Assembly: GCA_049512435.1 (NCBI GenBank)
Contig: JBEKXC010000001.1
Coordinates: forward strand, 1,149 to 65,148
Length of the DNA stretch: 64,000 nucleotides
Source: Terriglobales bacterium
GTDB taxonomy: Bacteria; Acidobacteriota; Terriglobia; Terriglobales; Acidobacteriaceae
Direction: 5' to 3'
Shown here: one piece after another, positions 46,612-56,773 of the stretch
Position numbering within the stretch: position 1 is the stretch's first letter
Layout: every line of letters begins with the position of its first letter
Program-made: the position numbers and the translations under genes
Notes under the pieces: model-generated
Seen by the model: only the letters and a program-made list of their open reading frames with translations
Databases searched by the model: none
What the model was told of the DNA's origin: nothing

Positions 46612-49600
46612 GTGTGTGTGTTGAAGCATTTATCAGTCTTCATTTTGGCAATTCTGATTCCGGTGGTTCTGGTCCCGGCCGCAATAGCTGGGCAAACTGC
46701 GCCCCGACCGGCACCGTCGCAGTCATCAACGATGCAGTCAGCAGTAGCAACGGGAACCTTGCGCGGGCAAGTGACGGATCCCTCGGGCGCGGTGGTTGCG
46801 AACGCCACGGTGGCCGTCCTGGTATCCGGCGGACCAACGCATTCAGCCACAACCAACAAAACGGGCGGTTACGAAATCGGAAATCTGGCGCCAGGTAAGT
46901 ACACCGTCACCGCAAATGCCCAGGGATTTGCGGTTTTTATGCAGAACGACGTGGACGTAGCGGCGGGCCAGGTCGCGCAATTCAACGTTGCACTCGACAT
47001 CAACGTGCAGCAGGAAAAGGTCAACGTCCAGGGAGAAGCACCGGTTCTTCTCGACACCAACCCCGCGAATAACGCGAGCGCGATCGTGCTCACCGGCAAA
47101 GACCTGGAAGCGCTGCCCGACGATCCCGATGAATTGCAGTCTGACCTGGAAGCGCTGGCCGGGCCTTCGGCCGGCCCCAACGGCGGGCAGCTTTACATCG
47201 ATGGATTTACTGCGGGACAGCTTCCGCCAAAGTCATCGATTCGCGAGATTCGCATCAATCAGAATCCGTTTTCGGCCGAATACGACAAGCTGGGCTATGG
47301 AAGAATCGAAATTTTTACCAAGCCGGGTACCGACAAGTTTCATGGACAGTTCTCAGTTGTAGGGAACGACTCTGGACTCAACACCCGCAACCCGTTTCTC
47401 GGTGACGCTGCGCAGGAGCCCTACGACTCCGTAATTTATCAGGGCAACTTCGGCGGCCCGATCAACAAGAAGACTTCATTCTTCTTTGACGTGCAGCGCC
47501 GCAACATCGACGAGATCGCGGTCGTAAACACGCAGGCACTGAACTCGGACCTGCAACCATTTCAGCTGACCGAGGATGAACCCAACCCGCGCACCCGCAC
47601 CAACATCGCTCCGCGTATCGATTACCAAGTGAGCACTAACAATACGCTCACCGCGCGCTACCAGTATTACCGTGATACGTGGGAGAACAACGGCGTGGGC
47701 GGGTCTGTTCTGCCGGAGGCTGGCTACGACACCACGTCGACCGAACACACCGTGCAGATCACAGACACGCAAGTCCTCAGTACGAAGGCGATCAATGAGA
47801 CTCGCTTTCAGTATCTGCGGGATAACAGCGAGCAGAATCCGGTGACGACGCCGTTGCAGCAATTGCCGACCGGCTTCACGATCAACGCGTCCATTAACGT
47901 TATCGGAGCATTCAGCGGCGGACGCTCCAGTGCGGGAACGCAGACCGACCACCAGGATCACTACGAGCTGCAGAATTACACTTCGATCGCGCAGGGCAAA
48001 CACTTTCTGAAATTCGGAGGGCGACTGCGAGCCGTGCACGAAGTCAATACTTCGGCCGCCGGATTTAATGGCACTTTCACCTTTCCGAGCATACAAGCCT
48101 ACGCGACCGCAATGCAGGCTCTCGCCGCGGGCGGCCCCGGCACTCAGGTTCCGGGTGCGACCCAGTTTACGCTCGATGCAACCCCCAGCAACACGGTGCC
48201 CACCGTGCCGGTCACGGTGGTGGACACCGGGCTGTACGTGCAGGATGACTGGAAAGTGCGTCCTAATATTACGTTAAGTGGCGGGTTGCGCTTTGAAACC
48301 CAGAATGCGATTCACGATCATGCGGATTGGGCGCCACGCCTCAGTTTCGCGTGGGGCGTTGGGGGTGGAGGCAAGAGCGCGCCGAAAACCGTACTGCGCG
48401 GCGGTTTTGGCCTGTTCTACGACCGATTCACCCAGAACCTGGTTCTAAATGCAGACCGTTTGAACGGGGTGACCCAACAGCAGTATGCGGTGTCGACTGG
48501 AATAGACTTTTTCCCGATCGTGCCGAGTGCGAGCCAGTTGCCAACAGGGACGACGTCCCCGATCTATCAGATCGCCACGGATTTGCACGCGCCCTATATC
48601 ATGCAAACGGCGTTTAGCATGGAGCGGCAGGTCACCAAGATCGCCAACGTTACGCTTACCTATCTGAATGCCCGCGGCGTGCACCAGCTTCTGTTGATTG
48701 ATACCAATGCGCCAATGCCGGGCACGCCCTATTCCACGGGTCCGCGCCCGAACCCGAACGCAGGCGACATCTATCAATACTCCTCCGATGGACTTTTCCG
48801 GCAGAACCAGTTGATCGCGAATTTCAACATCCGGGCAGGAGCGAAGCTGTCTCTGTTCGGTTACTACTCTCTGAATTACGCCAACAGCGACCCTCTCGGC
48901 TCCTCGAGCAACGGAGCGTTTACCAATAATTTTCCATCGGATCAGTACAATGTGAGGTTGGATTACGGGCGAGCTTCGTTTGCTATACGCGATAAGGTGT
49001 TTTTCGGGGGAACAATCGGACTGCCGCACGGATTTCGCCTGAGCCCGTTTATGATTTTCAATTCCGGCGCTCCCTACAACGTTACCGTGGGTCAGGACTT
49101 AGCCAATGATTTGCAGTTCAACGTCCGTCCCGCGTTCGGTTCCTATCCTTCGGGAACATGCCCTTTCCCGACAACCGCCGCTTGCAACAACTTCGTAGTT
49201 CCGACGACGCCATACACGCAGATTCCCATCAACTATCTGACTGGCCCCTCACTGTTCACGCTAAACCTGCGGCTGGCAAAAACCTTCGGCTTCGGGCCGG
49301 AGGTTGGTGGAAAGAGCGGGGCGCAGGCGGGCGGCGGCCCTCCTGGCGGCGGTGGTGGGGGCCCACGCGGCGGTGGCGGGGGCGGCGGAGGATTCGGACG
49401 CCGCGGAGGTGGCGGCGGCTCTTTTAACTTGGGACCGGCAACCACTCGACGCTACAACCTGACGTTCAGCGTAAATGCGCGGAACGTTCTGAACCGGGTG
49501 AATGCGGCGCCGCCCATAGGGGTTCTGAGCTCACCCAATTTCGGACAATCGATTGCTCTGGCAGGTGGGGCGTTCTCGAGCCCGGCGGCCAATCGAAAAA

Positions 49601-49629
49601 TCGAATTGCAGGCACTGTTCAGCTTCTAG
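46612..49629 (+). CDS. TonB-dependent-receptor-like outer-membrane protein with an N-terminal CarboxypepD_reg domain
   Basis: Non-ATG start near 46612-46621 (GTG/TTG after GGAAAG). Signal peptide KHLSVFILAILIPVVLVPAAIA. Then GTLRGQVTDPSGAVVANATVAV...TNKTGGYEIGNLAPGKYTV (CarboxypepD_reg), a plug-like region and a long beta-barrel ending ..LQALFSF (terminal aromatic residue). The start is uncertain by about 9 nt. Confidence 0.8.
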   Translation: MCVLKHLSVFILAILIPVVLVPAAIAGQTAPRPAPSQSSTMQSAVATGTLRGQVTDPSGAVVANATVAVLVSGGPTHSATTNKTGGYEIGNLAPGKYTVTANAQGFAVFMQNDVDVAAGQVAQFNVALDINVQQEKVNVQGEAPVLLDTNPANNASAIVLTGKDLEALPDDPDELQSDLEALAGPSAGPNGGQLYIDGFTAGQLPPKSSIREIRINQNPFSAEYDKLGYGRIEIFTKPGTDKFHGQFSVVGNDSGLNTRNPFLGDAAQEPYDSVIYQGNFGGPINKKTSFFFDVQRRNIDEIAVVNTQALNSDLQPFQLTEDEPNPRTRTNIAPRIDYQVSTNNTLTARYQYYRDTWENNGVGGSVLPEAGYDTTSTEHTVQITDTQVLSTKAINETRFQYLRDNSEQNPVTTPLQQLPTGFTINASINVIGAFSGGRSSAGTQTDHQDHYELQNYTSIAQGKHFLKFGGRLRAVHEVNTSAAGFNGTFTFPSIQAYATAMQALAAGGPGTQVPGATQFTLDATPSNTVPTVPVTVVDTGLYVQDDWKVRPNITLSGGLRFETQNAIHDHADWAPRLSFAWGVGGGGKSAPKTVLRGGFGLFYDRFTQNLVLNADRLNGVTQQQYAVSTGIDFFPIVPSASQLPTGTTSPIYQIATDLHAPYIMQTAFSMERQVTKIANVTLTYLNARGVHQLLLIDTNAPMPGTPYSTGPRPNPNAGDIYQYSSDGLFRQNQLIANFNIRAGAKLSLFGYYSLNYANSDPLGSSSNGAFTNNFPSDQYNVRLDYGRASFAIRDKVFFGGTIGLPHGFRLSPFMIFNSGAPYNVTVGQDLANDLQFNVRPAFGSYPSGTCPFPTTAACNNFVVPTTPYTQIPINYLTGPSLFTLNLRLAKTFGFGPEVGGKSGAQAGGGPPGGGGGGPRGGGGGGGGFGRRGGGGGSFNLGPATTRRYNLTFSVNARNVLNRVNAAPPIGVLSSPNFGQSIALAGGAFSSPAANRKIELQALFSF

Positions 49630-49651
49630 CGCCAGCTCAGGTTTCAAGAAC

Positions 49652-49674
49652 AACCCGAACCGGCTTCGGGTTTT
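49652..49674 (+). terminator. rho-independent terminator
   Basis: AACCCGAA-ccggc-TTCGGGTT followed by TTG. It lies 23 nt after the receptor stop, in the convergent gap with argJ. Confidence 0.6.
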
Positions 49675-49708
49675 GCTGAGACCTGCGACCTAACACCTGA
49701 GAGCCTTT

Positions 49709-50953
49709 CTAGGTCGAATAGTCGGCGTTGATCCGAACATACTCGGCGGTGAGGTCGGTGGTAAGAAATCGTACCGCATGGGGGCCGCGTCCAAGCTGCA
49801 CTCGAATATCGCAGACCGGCTGCGCGAGCGTGCGGTGAGCTTGCCGCTCGTTGAAGGCGCAGGCGATTCCGTTGCGGCATACTTTCTGCCGGCCAATGAA
49901 AATCTGGACGCGCGCTGGGTCAATGGGCAAGATGGGCGCGCCGCATCTTCCCACCGCCGCGAGAATGCGTCCCCAATTTGGATCGGCACCAGCCCACGCA
50001 GTCTTAACCAGCGCGGAGTGAGCAATCGTCCGTGCCACCAGCAGTGCCTCTTCCCTGCTGCGCGCCTGCTCGACGAGCAGACGGATCACGTGCTGCACCC
50101 CTTCTCCGTCGCTGACGATCTGCGCCGCGAGGGATTGGCACACAGCGGTCAGAGCCGCGGAGAATTTTTTTCGCGTGCGAGCATCTTTCGTCCGCACCCG
50201 AGCACCGCTGGCGCCGCTGGCCAAAAGCAACACTGTGTCGTTGGTGGAGGTGTCGCCGTCAATCGACATGCAATTTAATGATTCGTCACAAGCCTCGCGG
50301 AGAAGAGTCTGCAGTTCACGCGGGCTCGCGCCCACATCGGTAAACAAGTACACGAGCATGGTCGCAAGCTGTGGATGAATCATGCCGGCACCCTTCGCGA
50401 TTCCAAGGACAGTGACTTCTTTCGATGCCATTCGGAATCGCGCCGTGGCGAGCTTCGGACGCGTGTCGGTGGTCATGATAGCGTGAGCGAAGGCGAGAAC
50501 GCCACGGTGGCCGGGCGATCGCATGGCGATGAGCTCCGGCAACTTGGCGCGGATTTTTTCCGCCGGCAACCGCACTCCGATGATGCCGGTCGAGGAGGGA
50601 AAGATTTCGCCGGCGGGCACGCCGAGCAAGTTTCCGGTTTCGCGACAAATTTGTTCACACGCTCGAATGCCCGGGCGTCCCGTGGCACAGTTGGCGTTTC
50701 CGGAGTTGACAACCACGGCACGGACGCGGCCTCCGGTCGAAAGCAACGACGCGCGGCCAACTTCCAGAGGAGCGGCGACGATACGGTTCTTGGTGAACAG
50801 CGCTGCAGCGGTTGCGCCCCGGGCGGCTTCCGCCAGTGCGAGATCGGGGCGGCCGCTAATTTTGATGCCGGCAGCGATGGCAGAGAAAGAGAACCCCAAG
50901 GGCAAACGAATTTGCTCGGGAGAACTTCTTAGTGCAATACGCAGCGAGGTCAT
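49709..50953 (-). CDS. argJ: bifunctional ornithine acetyltransferase / N-acetylglutamate synthase
   Basis: Start at MTSLRI, with ATGA overlap with the upstream GNAT stop. GFSFSAIAAGIK, VVNSGNANCATG, MTTDTRPK, GIAKGAGMIHPQLATMLVYLFTD (autoproteolytic ATML site). Confidence 0.9.
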   Translation of the reverse strand: MTSLRIALRSSPEQIRLPLGFSFSAIAAGIKISGRPDLALAEAARGATAAALFTKNRIVAAPLEVGRASLLSTGGRVRAVVVNSGNANCATGRPGIRACEQICRETGNLLGVPAGEIFPSSTGIIGVRLPAEKIRAKLPELIAMRSPGHRGVLAFAHAIMTTDTRPKLATARFRMASKEVTVLGIAKGAGMIHPQLATMLVYLFTDVGASPRELQTLLREACDESLNCMSIDGDTSTNDTVLLLASGASGARVRTKDARTRKKFSAALTAVCQSLAAQIVSDGEGVQHVIRLLVEQARSREEALLVARTIAHSALVKTAWAGADPNWGRILAAVGRCGAPILPIDPARVQIFIGRQKVCRNGIACAFNERQAHRTLAQPVCDIRVQLGRGPHAVRFLTTDLTAEYVRINADYST

Positions 50954-51462
50954 GCCTGAGTCTTTAACTGTAACCAGTTCGTTGGCGGCGGCAGAATTGC
51001 GAATGTCGGAAGATCTCCGCGGATCATCGCAACTTCGTCGCAGCGATAGAGTCTGGGACACTGATAACAGTCTTTGTGGATCTTGTCGGGAAGATCCTCG
51101 TGATTAGCGACAGTGAATCCCATGCGCGAGAAAAATTCGGGAATGCGCGTGAACAGGCACACGCAACTTACCTTGTGCTTTTCTGCTTGCGCCAGCAAAG
51201 CCTTGACCAGACGGCGGCCGCCGCCATTACTTTGGCTGGTGGGATCGACGGTAATCGAACGAATCTCCGCCAGGTGCACGCCGTACAAGTGAAGAGCGCC
51301 GCATCCGATGATGCGTCCATCATGCTCGAGGACAACAAAGTCGCGGACGTTCTCGCAGATTTCCGCCAGCGTGCGCGGCAAGAGGGTACCATCGCCGGAG
51401 TAGGCCGCGATGAGAGCGTGAATCTGTTCGGCATCGGGAAGAATCGCCTCACGCGTGCGCAT
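50950..51462 (-). CDS. GNAT N-acetyltransferase (short N-acetylglutamate-synthase-like)
   Basis: Start at MRTREA. GNAT motif A (EIRSITVDPTSQSNGGGRRLVKALL). Embedded in the arg operon between argD and argJ. Confidence 0.7.
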   Translation of the reverse strand: MRTREAILPDAEQIHALIAAYSGDGTLLPRTLAEICENVRDFVVLEHDGRIIGCGALHLYGVHLAEIRSITVDPTSQSNGGGRRLVKALLAQAEKHKVSCVCLFTRIPEFFSRMGFTVANHEDLPDKIHKDCYQCPRLYRCDEVAMIRGDLPTFAILPPPTNWLQLKTQA

Positions 51463-52747
51463 GGATCTCCTCGCGCCGCGACGCAGCGGTTTTTTCTTCC
51501 TTGGGTTGGGACTTGTATATTGACTCCGCATTTTCGTGCAACGCCGCATCCAGGGCTTTGACTAGCTGATCCACGTGCTTCTTCTCAATCACGTAAGGCG
51601 GCAAGAATCGCAGCACAGTTTCGTGCGTACGATTAATGATGATGCCTTCCTGTAGCAATTGTTTGGCCACCGCTTTCGCCAATTCCAGCGAGTCCAATTC
51701 CACGGCCTGCATCAGGCCTGCTCCGCGAACGTCCTGAATCGATTTGTGCTTTTTGTCAAGCGCTTCGAGCGACGTGCGAAAATATTCGCCAAGCACGCGG
51801 ACGTGCTTCAGCAATTTCTTCTCCTGGCGCAGGAACTCGATCGCAACGGCGCAAGCTAGCGGACCTCCGCCAAAAGTTGTTCCGTGCATGCCCGGATGCA
51901 TGCAAGTAGCAACCCGTTCGGTGGTGAGGATTGCGCCGAGTGGCAAGCCACACGCCAACGGCTTGGCGACGGTGATCACATCCGGCAGCACATCGTAGTG
52001 CTGGTAAGCGAAGTGGCGTCCGGTGCGGCCGAGCCCGCATTGGATCTCGTCGAGCACGAGCAGCGCTCCGCTTTGTTTGGTCAGGCGCGAGGCGAGTTCG
52101 AGGAACTCCCGATTGACCGGACAAATTCCTCCTTCTCCCTGAATGGTCTCGACGCATACCGCGCAAAGCCCGGAATCGAATTTTCGTCGTAGATCGTCGA
52201 GATCATTGAACTTGACGAAAGTCACACCCGGCATGAGAGGGACGAATGGAGCTCTATATTTCGGCTGACCGGTGGTGGCTAACGCGCCGAACGTACGTCC
52301 ATGAAAAGAGTTCTCCATGGCGAGAATGCGCGTCTTCATTTTCGCCTGGCTGCCGTTGCGATTGCCGTTCTGCGGATGGTTCATTTGCGCAAAGGCGCGG
52401 GCGAGTTTGAGCGCGCCTTCCCAGGCCTCGGTGCCGCTGTTGCAAAAGAAAGCGCGGTCGAGTCCGGAGATTTCGGTCAGACTCTGCGCGAGTTCCGCTT
52501 GATACTCGTGGAAGAAGAGATTCGAAACATGAATCAACCGGCTAGCCTGACGCTTGATCGTCGCCTGAATGGCAGGGTGGTTGTGCCCGAGCGCGTTGAC
52601 TCCGATTCCACTCAGGAAATCAAGATATCGCTTGCCGCGAGAATCCCAGAGATACACGCCGCGCCCGCGAACAAACAGGATGGGCTGGCGCTCGTAGGTG
52701 GGAAGCAGCAGCTTCGCTTCCATGCGGGAGATAGAAGCGAGGCTCAT
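51449..52747 (-). CDS. argD: acetylornithine aminotransferase
   Basis: Start at MSLASI, with ATGA overlap with the argB stop at 52744-52747. LLPTYERQPILFVRGRGVYLWDSRGKRYLDFLSGIGVNALGHNHP, DEIQCGLGRTG, and the PLP Lys in TVAKPLA. Confidence 0.9.
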   Translation of the reverse strand: MSLASISRMEAKLLLPTYERQPILFVRGRGVYLWDSRGKRYLDFLSGIGVNALGHNHPAIQATIKRQASRLIHVSNLFFHEYQAELAQSLTEISGLDRAFFCNSGTEAWEGALKLARAFAQMNHPQNGNRNGSQAKMKTRILAMENSFHGRTFGALATTGQPKYRAPFVPLMPGVTFVKFNDLDDLRRKFDSGLCAVCVETIQGEGGICPVNREFLELASRLTKQSGALLVLDEIQCGLGRTGRHFAYQHYDVLPDVITVAKPLACGLPLGAILTTERVATCMHPGMHGTTFGGGPLACAVAIEFLRQEKKLLKHVRVLGEYFRTSLEALDKKHKSIQDVRGAGLMQAVELDSLELAKAVAKQLLQEGIIINRTHETVLRFLPPYVIEKKHVDQLVKALDAALHENAESIYKSQPKEEKTAASRREEIHAHA

Positions 52748-53529
52748 GCTCTCAGCACCTCGGTACCACATTCGATCTTGGTGAAATAAAACAGGGGCAG
52801 CATTTCGACCTGCGTCGCGGGCAGAATGCGCACGCGCCCCACGCCGGACTTGAGAGCCTGCGTGCAGGCTTCGAGCTTGGGCATCATGCCGCCGCTGACT
52901 ACGCATTCCTCAATGAGACCGGCGGCTTGCTGGGTATCCAAACGAGCCATTACCGAACCGTCAGCCTGCTTTACGCCGGCCACGTCGGTGAGAAAAATCA
53001 GCGCGTCGGCTTCACAAGCTATGGCGCACGCGGCCGCCATCTGGTCGGCATTCACATTGTAATACTGGCCGTCACCTCCGAGCGCAACCGAGGAGAGCAC
53101 GGGAATGCCGCCTTCAGCCCAGATGGCTTTGAGCCATCGCGGTTCAGAAAAGCAAATTTCGCCGACAAATCCCAAGTCGCATTCCGCGTCCTGTTTTTTG
53201 CGGGCACGAAAGACGCCGCCGTCTCCGCCACAAAGGCCGATAGCCGGCTGCCCCGCGGCGGCAATCGCCGCCACCAGACTTTTATTTACGATGCCGGCGA
53301 GCACCATGAGGGCAACATCGCGCGTCTCGGCGTCAGTAATGCGCAGTCCGTGGACAAAGTCGCTTTTTTTCCCGAGGAGTTTCAGGGTTCGTGTGAGCGC
53401 GCTGCCACCGCCGTGCACAACCACGACTTGATGTCCGTCTTCGGCGAGCTGCACCACCGCCTTCGCACATTTCTGAAGAGTCGGTTTATCCTCGAGCGCC
53501 GCACCGCCGATCTTGACCACAATTTTCAC
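52744..53529 (-). CDS. argB: acetylglutamate kinase
   Basis: MKIVVKIGGAAL, VVVHGGG, LNVNADQMAAA-type motif (YYNVNADQMAAACA), LTDVAGV. Confidence 0.92.
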   Translation of the reverse strand: MKIVVKIGGAALEDKPTLQKCAKAVVQLAEDGHQVVVVHGGGSALTRTLKLLGKKSDFVHGLRITDAETRDVALMVLAGIVNKSLVAAIAAAGQPAIGLCGGDGGVFRARKKQDAECDLGFVGEICFSEPRWLKAIWAEGGIPVLSSVALGGDGQYYNVNADQMAAACAIACEADALIFLTDVAGVKQADGSVMARLDTQQAAGLIEECVVSGGMMPKLEACTQALKSGVGRVRILPATQVEMLPLFYFTKIECGTEVLRA

Positions 53530-54614
53530 TGCAGTCCCTCCGCTTCGTCCCAGCCATACATGAGGTTCATGTTCTGCACGGCTTGTCCAGCCGCGCCCTT
53601 GAGCAGGTTGTCGAGGCAGGAAACCACGATGAGCCGGCGGCCATCGCGCGCGAGGCAGAAACCGAGGTCACAGTAATTGGTATGCACGGAGAATTGAATT
53701 TCCGGCAAGCTCGACGCCGGGAAAATGCGCACCCACCGCTTGCCTCTGTAGAAATCGCGGAAACAACTTTGAACCTCGTCCGTCGTCATCTCGCGTTTGA
53801 GGTATACATAAATCGTGGACAGAATGCCGCGTGGGATTGGCAAAAGATGCGGCGTGAAAATTAACTGGCAGGAATTGAGCGCCAATTGCTCCAGGATTTC
53901 GCCGGTATGACGGTGTCCGAAGACGGAGTAGGCGGAAAAATTGTCCGCTACCGACACGAAGTGGGTACGCGCCGTGGGTTCCTTGCCGGCACCGGATACG
54001 CCGGACTTCGAATCGGATATGATGCCGCGATTGCGATCCACGATATCCGCCGACAGTAACGGCGCGAGCGCGAGAATGACTGATGTCGCGTAGCAGCCTG
54101 GATTCGCAACCAGAGCTGCTGACGGTATCCGGTCTGCATTCGGCTTCAACTCGGGCAGACCGTACACGGCGCGCTCCGTGAGTTCCGTCGCCGTTTGAAG
54201 GTTGGCGTCTTTGAAGCCATAGATGGCGCGATTCTGTTCTTGTTTCAGCCGCCAGGCTCCGCTCAGATCGATGATTCGGAGGCCGCGTGTCATCAGCCCG
54301 CGGGTCATCGCCTCGGAAACAAATTCGCGAGCGACGGCGTGTGGTGTTGCCAGGAACAGCAGTTCCACGCCGTGCTCTTCCAACTTGGACCACGAAAATG
54401 GCTCGCACCTCGTCCCGACGGTCCCGAAGACCGGCGAGTGGCCATTGCCATTGCTGGGAACTTGCGGCAGTCCGGCAGCCGAATCGTCGGTTTCTGCGCT
54501 GCGACGCAAGAGCAAGGGCGCATCGGTTCGCGGGTGATGGGCGAGGAGACGCGCGAGTTCGAGGCCGGAATAGCCGGTCGCGCCGAGAACCGCGGTATTA
54601 AGTTTGGCCCCCAT
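53526..54614 (-). CDS. argC: N-acetyl-gamma-glutamyl-phosphate reductase
   Basis: VLGATGYSGLEL and the catalytic Cys in ANPGCYATSV. ATGA overlap with argB. Confidence 0.92.
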   Translation of the reverse strand: MGAKLNTAVLGATGYSGLELARLLAHHPRTDAPLLLRRSAETDDSAAGLPQVPSNGNGHSPVFGTVGTRCEPFSWSKLEEHGVELLFLATPHAVAREFVSEAMTRGLMTRGLRIIDLSGAWRLKQEQNRAIYGFKDANLQTATELTERAVYGLPELKPNADRIPSAALVANPGCYATSVILALAPLLSADIVDRNRGIISDSKSGVSGAGKEPTARTHFVSVADNFSAYSVFGHRHTGEILEQLALNSCQLIFTPHLLPIPRGILSTIYVYLKREMTTDEVQSCFRDFYRGKRWVRIFPASSLPEIQFSVHTNYCDLGFCLARDGRRLIVVSCLDNLLKGAAGQAVQNMNLMYGWDEAEGLQ

Positions 54615-54667
54615 CAGATTTGCTTTAAGTCTCTCAGAGCTTCCTTTCTAGTCATTTTCGTCGTTGA

Positions 54668-54701
54668 GGCATATTTATCCATCATACTGCATAAATATTC
54701 A
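54668..54701. promoter_or_regulatory. tandem ARG-box-like operator upstream of argC
   Basis: TGCATAAATATTCA (54688-54701) has 1 mismatch to the TGAAT-wwww-ATTCA core. GGCATATTTATCCA (54668-54681) has 3 mismatches. The two are offset by 20 bp and lie 54-87 nt upstream of the argC start, in the only strongly AT-rich stretch of the intergenic region. Confidence 0.4.
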
Positions 54702-54992
54702 TATATATTAAATCGTCTGGGCGAGCTGTCAAGTCAAAACCGAGAGTCAGGCAAACCTGGAGTTCCTCGGCATGGTAAGACGGGCAAGCCCCGTCTCTAC
54801 AAAAAGCATTTCTGATGGCTGCAAGAAGAAATTTCTATTGGACTCAGCCGATCAGCAGCATTTAGTGTGAGGGCAATTGCAGCAGCGCGTAGGAGACTTG
54901 CGAAGATATTTCATGCCGCATTTCACGCCTCCCTTCCTCGCGTCGCATTATTCCGTAAGAACGGTCAATCACACAGAAACAGGAGTAATTCT

Positions 54993-56693
54993 ATGACGAA
55001 ACAACTTGGGCGCCTCCCGCGCCGGTCGTTCCCGCGCACGTCATTCTCGGTTGTAGCCATGCTTCTCGCCGCCGGAATATTCGCTGCGGTGGCCATACCT
55101 TGCCTTGCCGACGAGGGGCCGAAGCCGGATCCGTCGGGCACGGCAACGGGCGACAAGACTAACGCGCTGGATGCGGCCGGCAATTCTTTTACCGTGCCTG
55201 AAGCCACGGACAGGGCGGCTCCGGACTATGCCGCGAATAAGAAGGCATATGACGACTATCAGGCCCAAGCGGCAAAAGAGCCGCTCGCCGTCAAACTCGC
55301 CGACAGCGTGGGGCACGTCCGCGTGGCCACCAACTTTGCCTGGACGTTGAATACGGGTTACCTCGTTCTGTTCATGCAGGCAGGCTTCGCGCTGCTCACG
55401 TGCGGACTGGTGCGAAAAAAGAATGTCGCGCACCTGATGATGCTGAATTTCGCGGCCTACGTGTTCGCTTTCCTGGCGTACTACGCGGTCGGATACGCAT
55501 TTCAGTTTGGAGCGGTGGCCATCAATGCCCCGCCCAGCAACCTGGGCGGAATCCCCACTCTCAACAAATTTCTGGTTGGAAGCGGCCTGTGGGGATTCGT
55601 GGGGGGGAAGGGTTTTTTCCTTACTGGTCCGGCCTACGACAGTGCCAGCAACTGTTTAACGCTGTTCGAAGTCGTGTTCATGGAGACCGCAGGGTACATC
55701 ATTGTCGGGGCCATCTGTGAGCGGATCACTTTTTGGGCTTTTCTGCTCTGTGAACTCTTCATCGGAGCGATTCTTTATCCGATCTCCGGATGCTGGGTGT
55801 GGGGCGGCGGCTGGATGTCGCAAATTGGCACCACATTGAATCTCGGTCACGGCTATGTCGACTTTGCAGGGTCCACGGTGGTGCACGGGGTGGGCGGTTT
55901 CTGCGCCATGGCTCTGGCCATCATTCTCGGTCCGCGACTTGGGAAGTATGGGCCGGGGGGGAAGATACGCGTCTTTCCCGCGCACAACATTGTATACGTC
56001 GTGACCGGTACCTTCATTCTGCTTTTCGGCTGGATGGGCTTCAATCCTGGCTCGACTCTGGGCGCCACCGACCTCCGCATTTCGGTGATCGCAGTGAACA
56101 CCAATCTTGCCGCTGTTGCCGGATCGGCAGCCGCGATGCTCTTGTGGTACTTCCTGTTCGGCAAACCTGATGTGACGATGGCGTGCAATGGCATGCTCGC
56201 CGGTCTGGTCGCGATCACCGCTCCCTGCGCTTTTGTGTCTCCCACCTCGGCTGTCATCATTGGCGTGCTGGCGGGAATCCTGGTCTGTCTCGGAGTGCTT
56301 TTCAACGACCAGGTTCTAAAGGTCGATGACCCCTGTGGCGCGATTTCGGTGCACGGCTACTGTGGCTGGCTGGGCGCGGTGAGCGTGGGCATCTTTGCCG
56401 ACGGTGCGTATGGCGCGGGATGGAATGGCGTCGGCGCAGCCGCGTATCTTGGGCACGCGGGTCAAGGAGTGACCGGCTTGCTCCACGGGGATACGCGGCA
56501 GTTCTGGTGCCAGCTTATGGGAGCAACTTTGATTGCCGTCTGGGCGTTTGGCGCGACCTACGTTGTCTTCGGGTGCGTGAATAAGGTAAAGAGCATGCGC
56601 GTGGCTCCCGAGGTGGAAGAACGGGGTCTCGATGTTCCAGAGTTTGGAATGTCGGGCTATCCCGAGGATGCGGTGGTGCCGGCGGGATATTGA
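54993..56693 (+). CDS. amt: ammonium transporter with a long N-terminal extension
   Basis: ATG 54993 after AGGAG. Signal peptide, then a periplasmic extension of about 90 aa. Amt core motifs: LVLFMQAGFALLTCGLVR, DFAGSTVVHGVGG, ISVHGYCGWLG. Confidence 0.9.
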   Translation: MTKQLGRLPRRSFPRTSFSVVAMLLAAGIFAAVAIPCLADEGPKPDPSGTATGDKTNALDAAGNSFTVPEATDRAAPDYAANKKAYDDYQAQAAKEPLAVKLADSVGHVRVATNFAWTLNTGYLVLFMQAGFALLTCGLVRKKNVAHLMMLNFAAYVFAFLAYYAVGYAFQFGAVAINAPPSNLGGIPTLNKFLVGSGLWGFVGGKGFFLTGPAYDSASNCLTLFEVVFMETAGYIIVGAICERITFWAFLLCELFIGAILYPISGCWVWGGGWMSQIGTTLNLGHGYVDFAGSTVVHGVGGFCAMALAIILGPRLGKYGPGGKIRVFPAHNIVYVVTGTFILLFGWMGFNPGSTLGATDLRISVIAVNTNLAAVAGSAAAMLLWYFLFGKPDVTMACNGMLAGLVAITAPCAFVSPTSAVIIGVLAGILVCLGVLFNDQVLKVDDPCGAISVHGYCGWLGAVSVGIFADGAYGAGWNGVGAAAYLGHAGQGVTGLLHGDTRQFWCQLMGATLIAVWAFGATYVVFGCVNKVKSMRVAPEVEERGLDVPEFGMSGYPEDAVVPAGY

Positions 56694-56702
56694 ATCGAGA
56701 GG

Positions 56703-56760
56703 CGGTGGAGAGACGGGCGCCTCGCCGGTCCAGCCGGGCGGGGACGCCCGGCGCTCCAGC
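56703..56760. repeat. REP-like composite palindromic element, full copy 2
   Basis: CGGTGGAGAGACGGGCGCCTCGCCGGTCCAGCCGGGCGGGGACGCCCGGCGCTCCAGC. About 90% identical to 6716-6770. It fills the convergent gap between amt and glgP. Confidence 0.75.
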
Positions 56761-56773
56761 AGCAAAACTGCTA

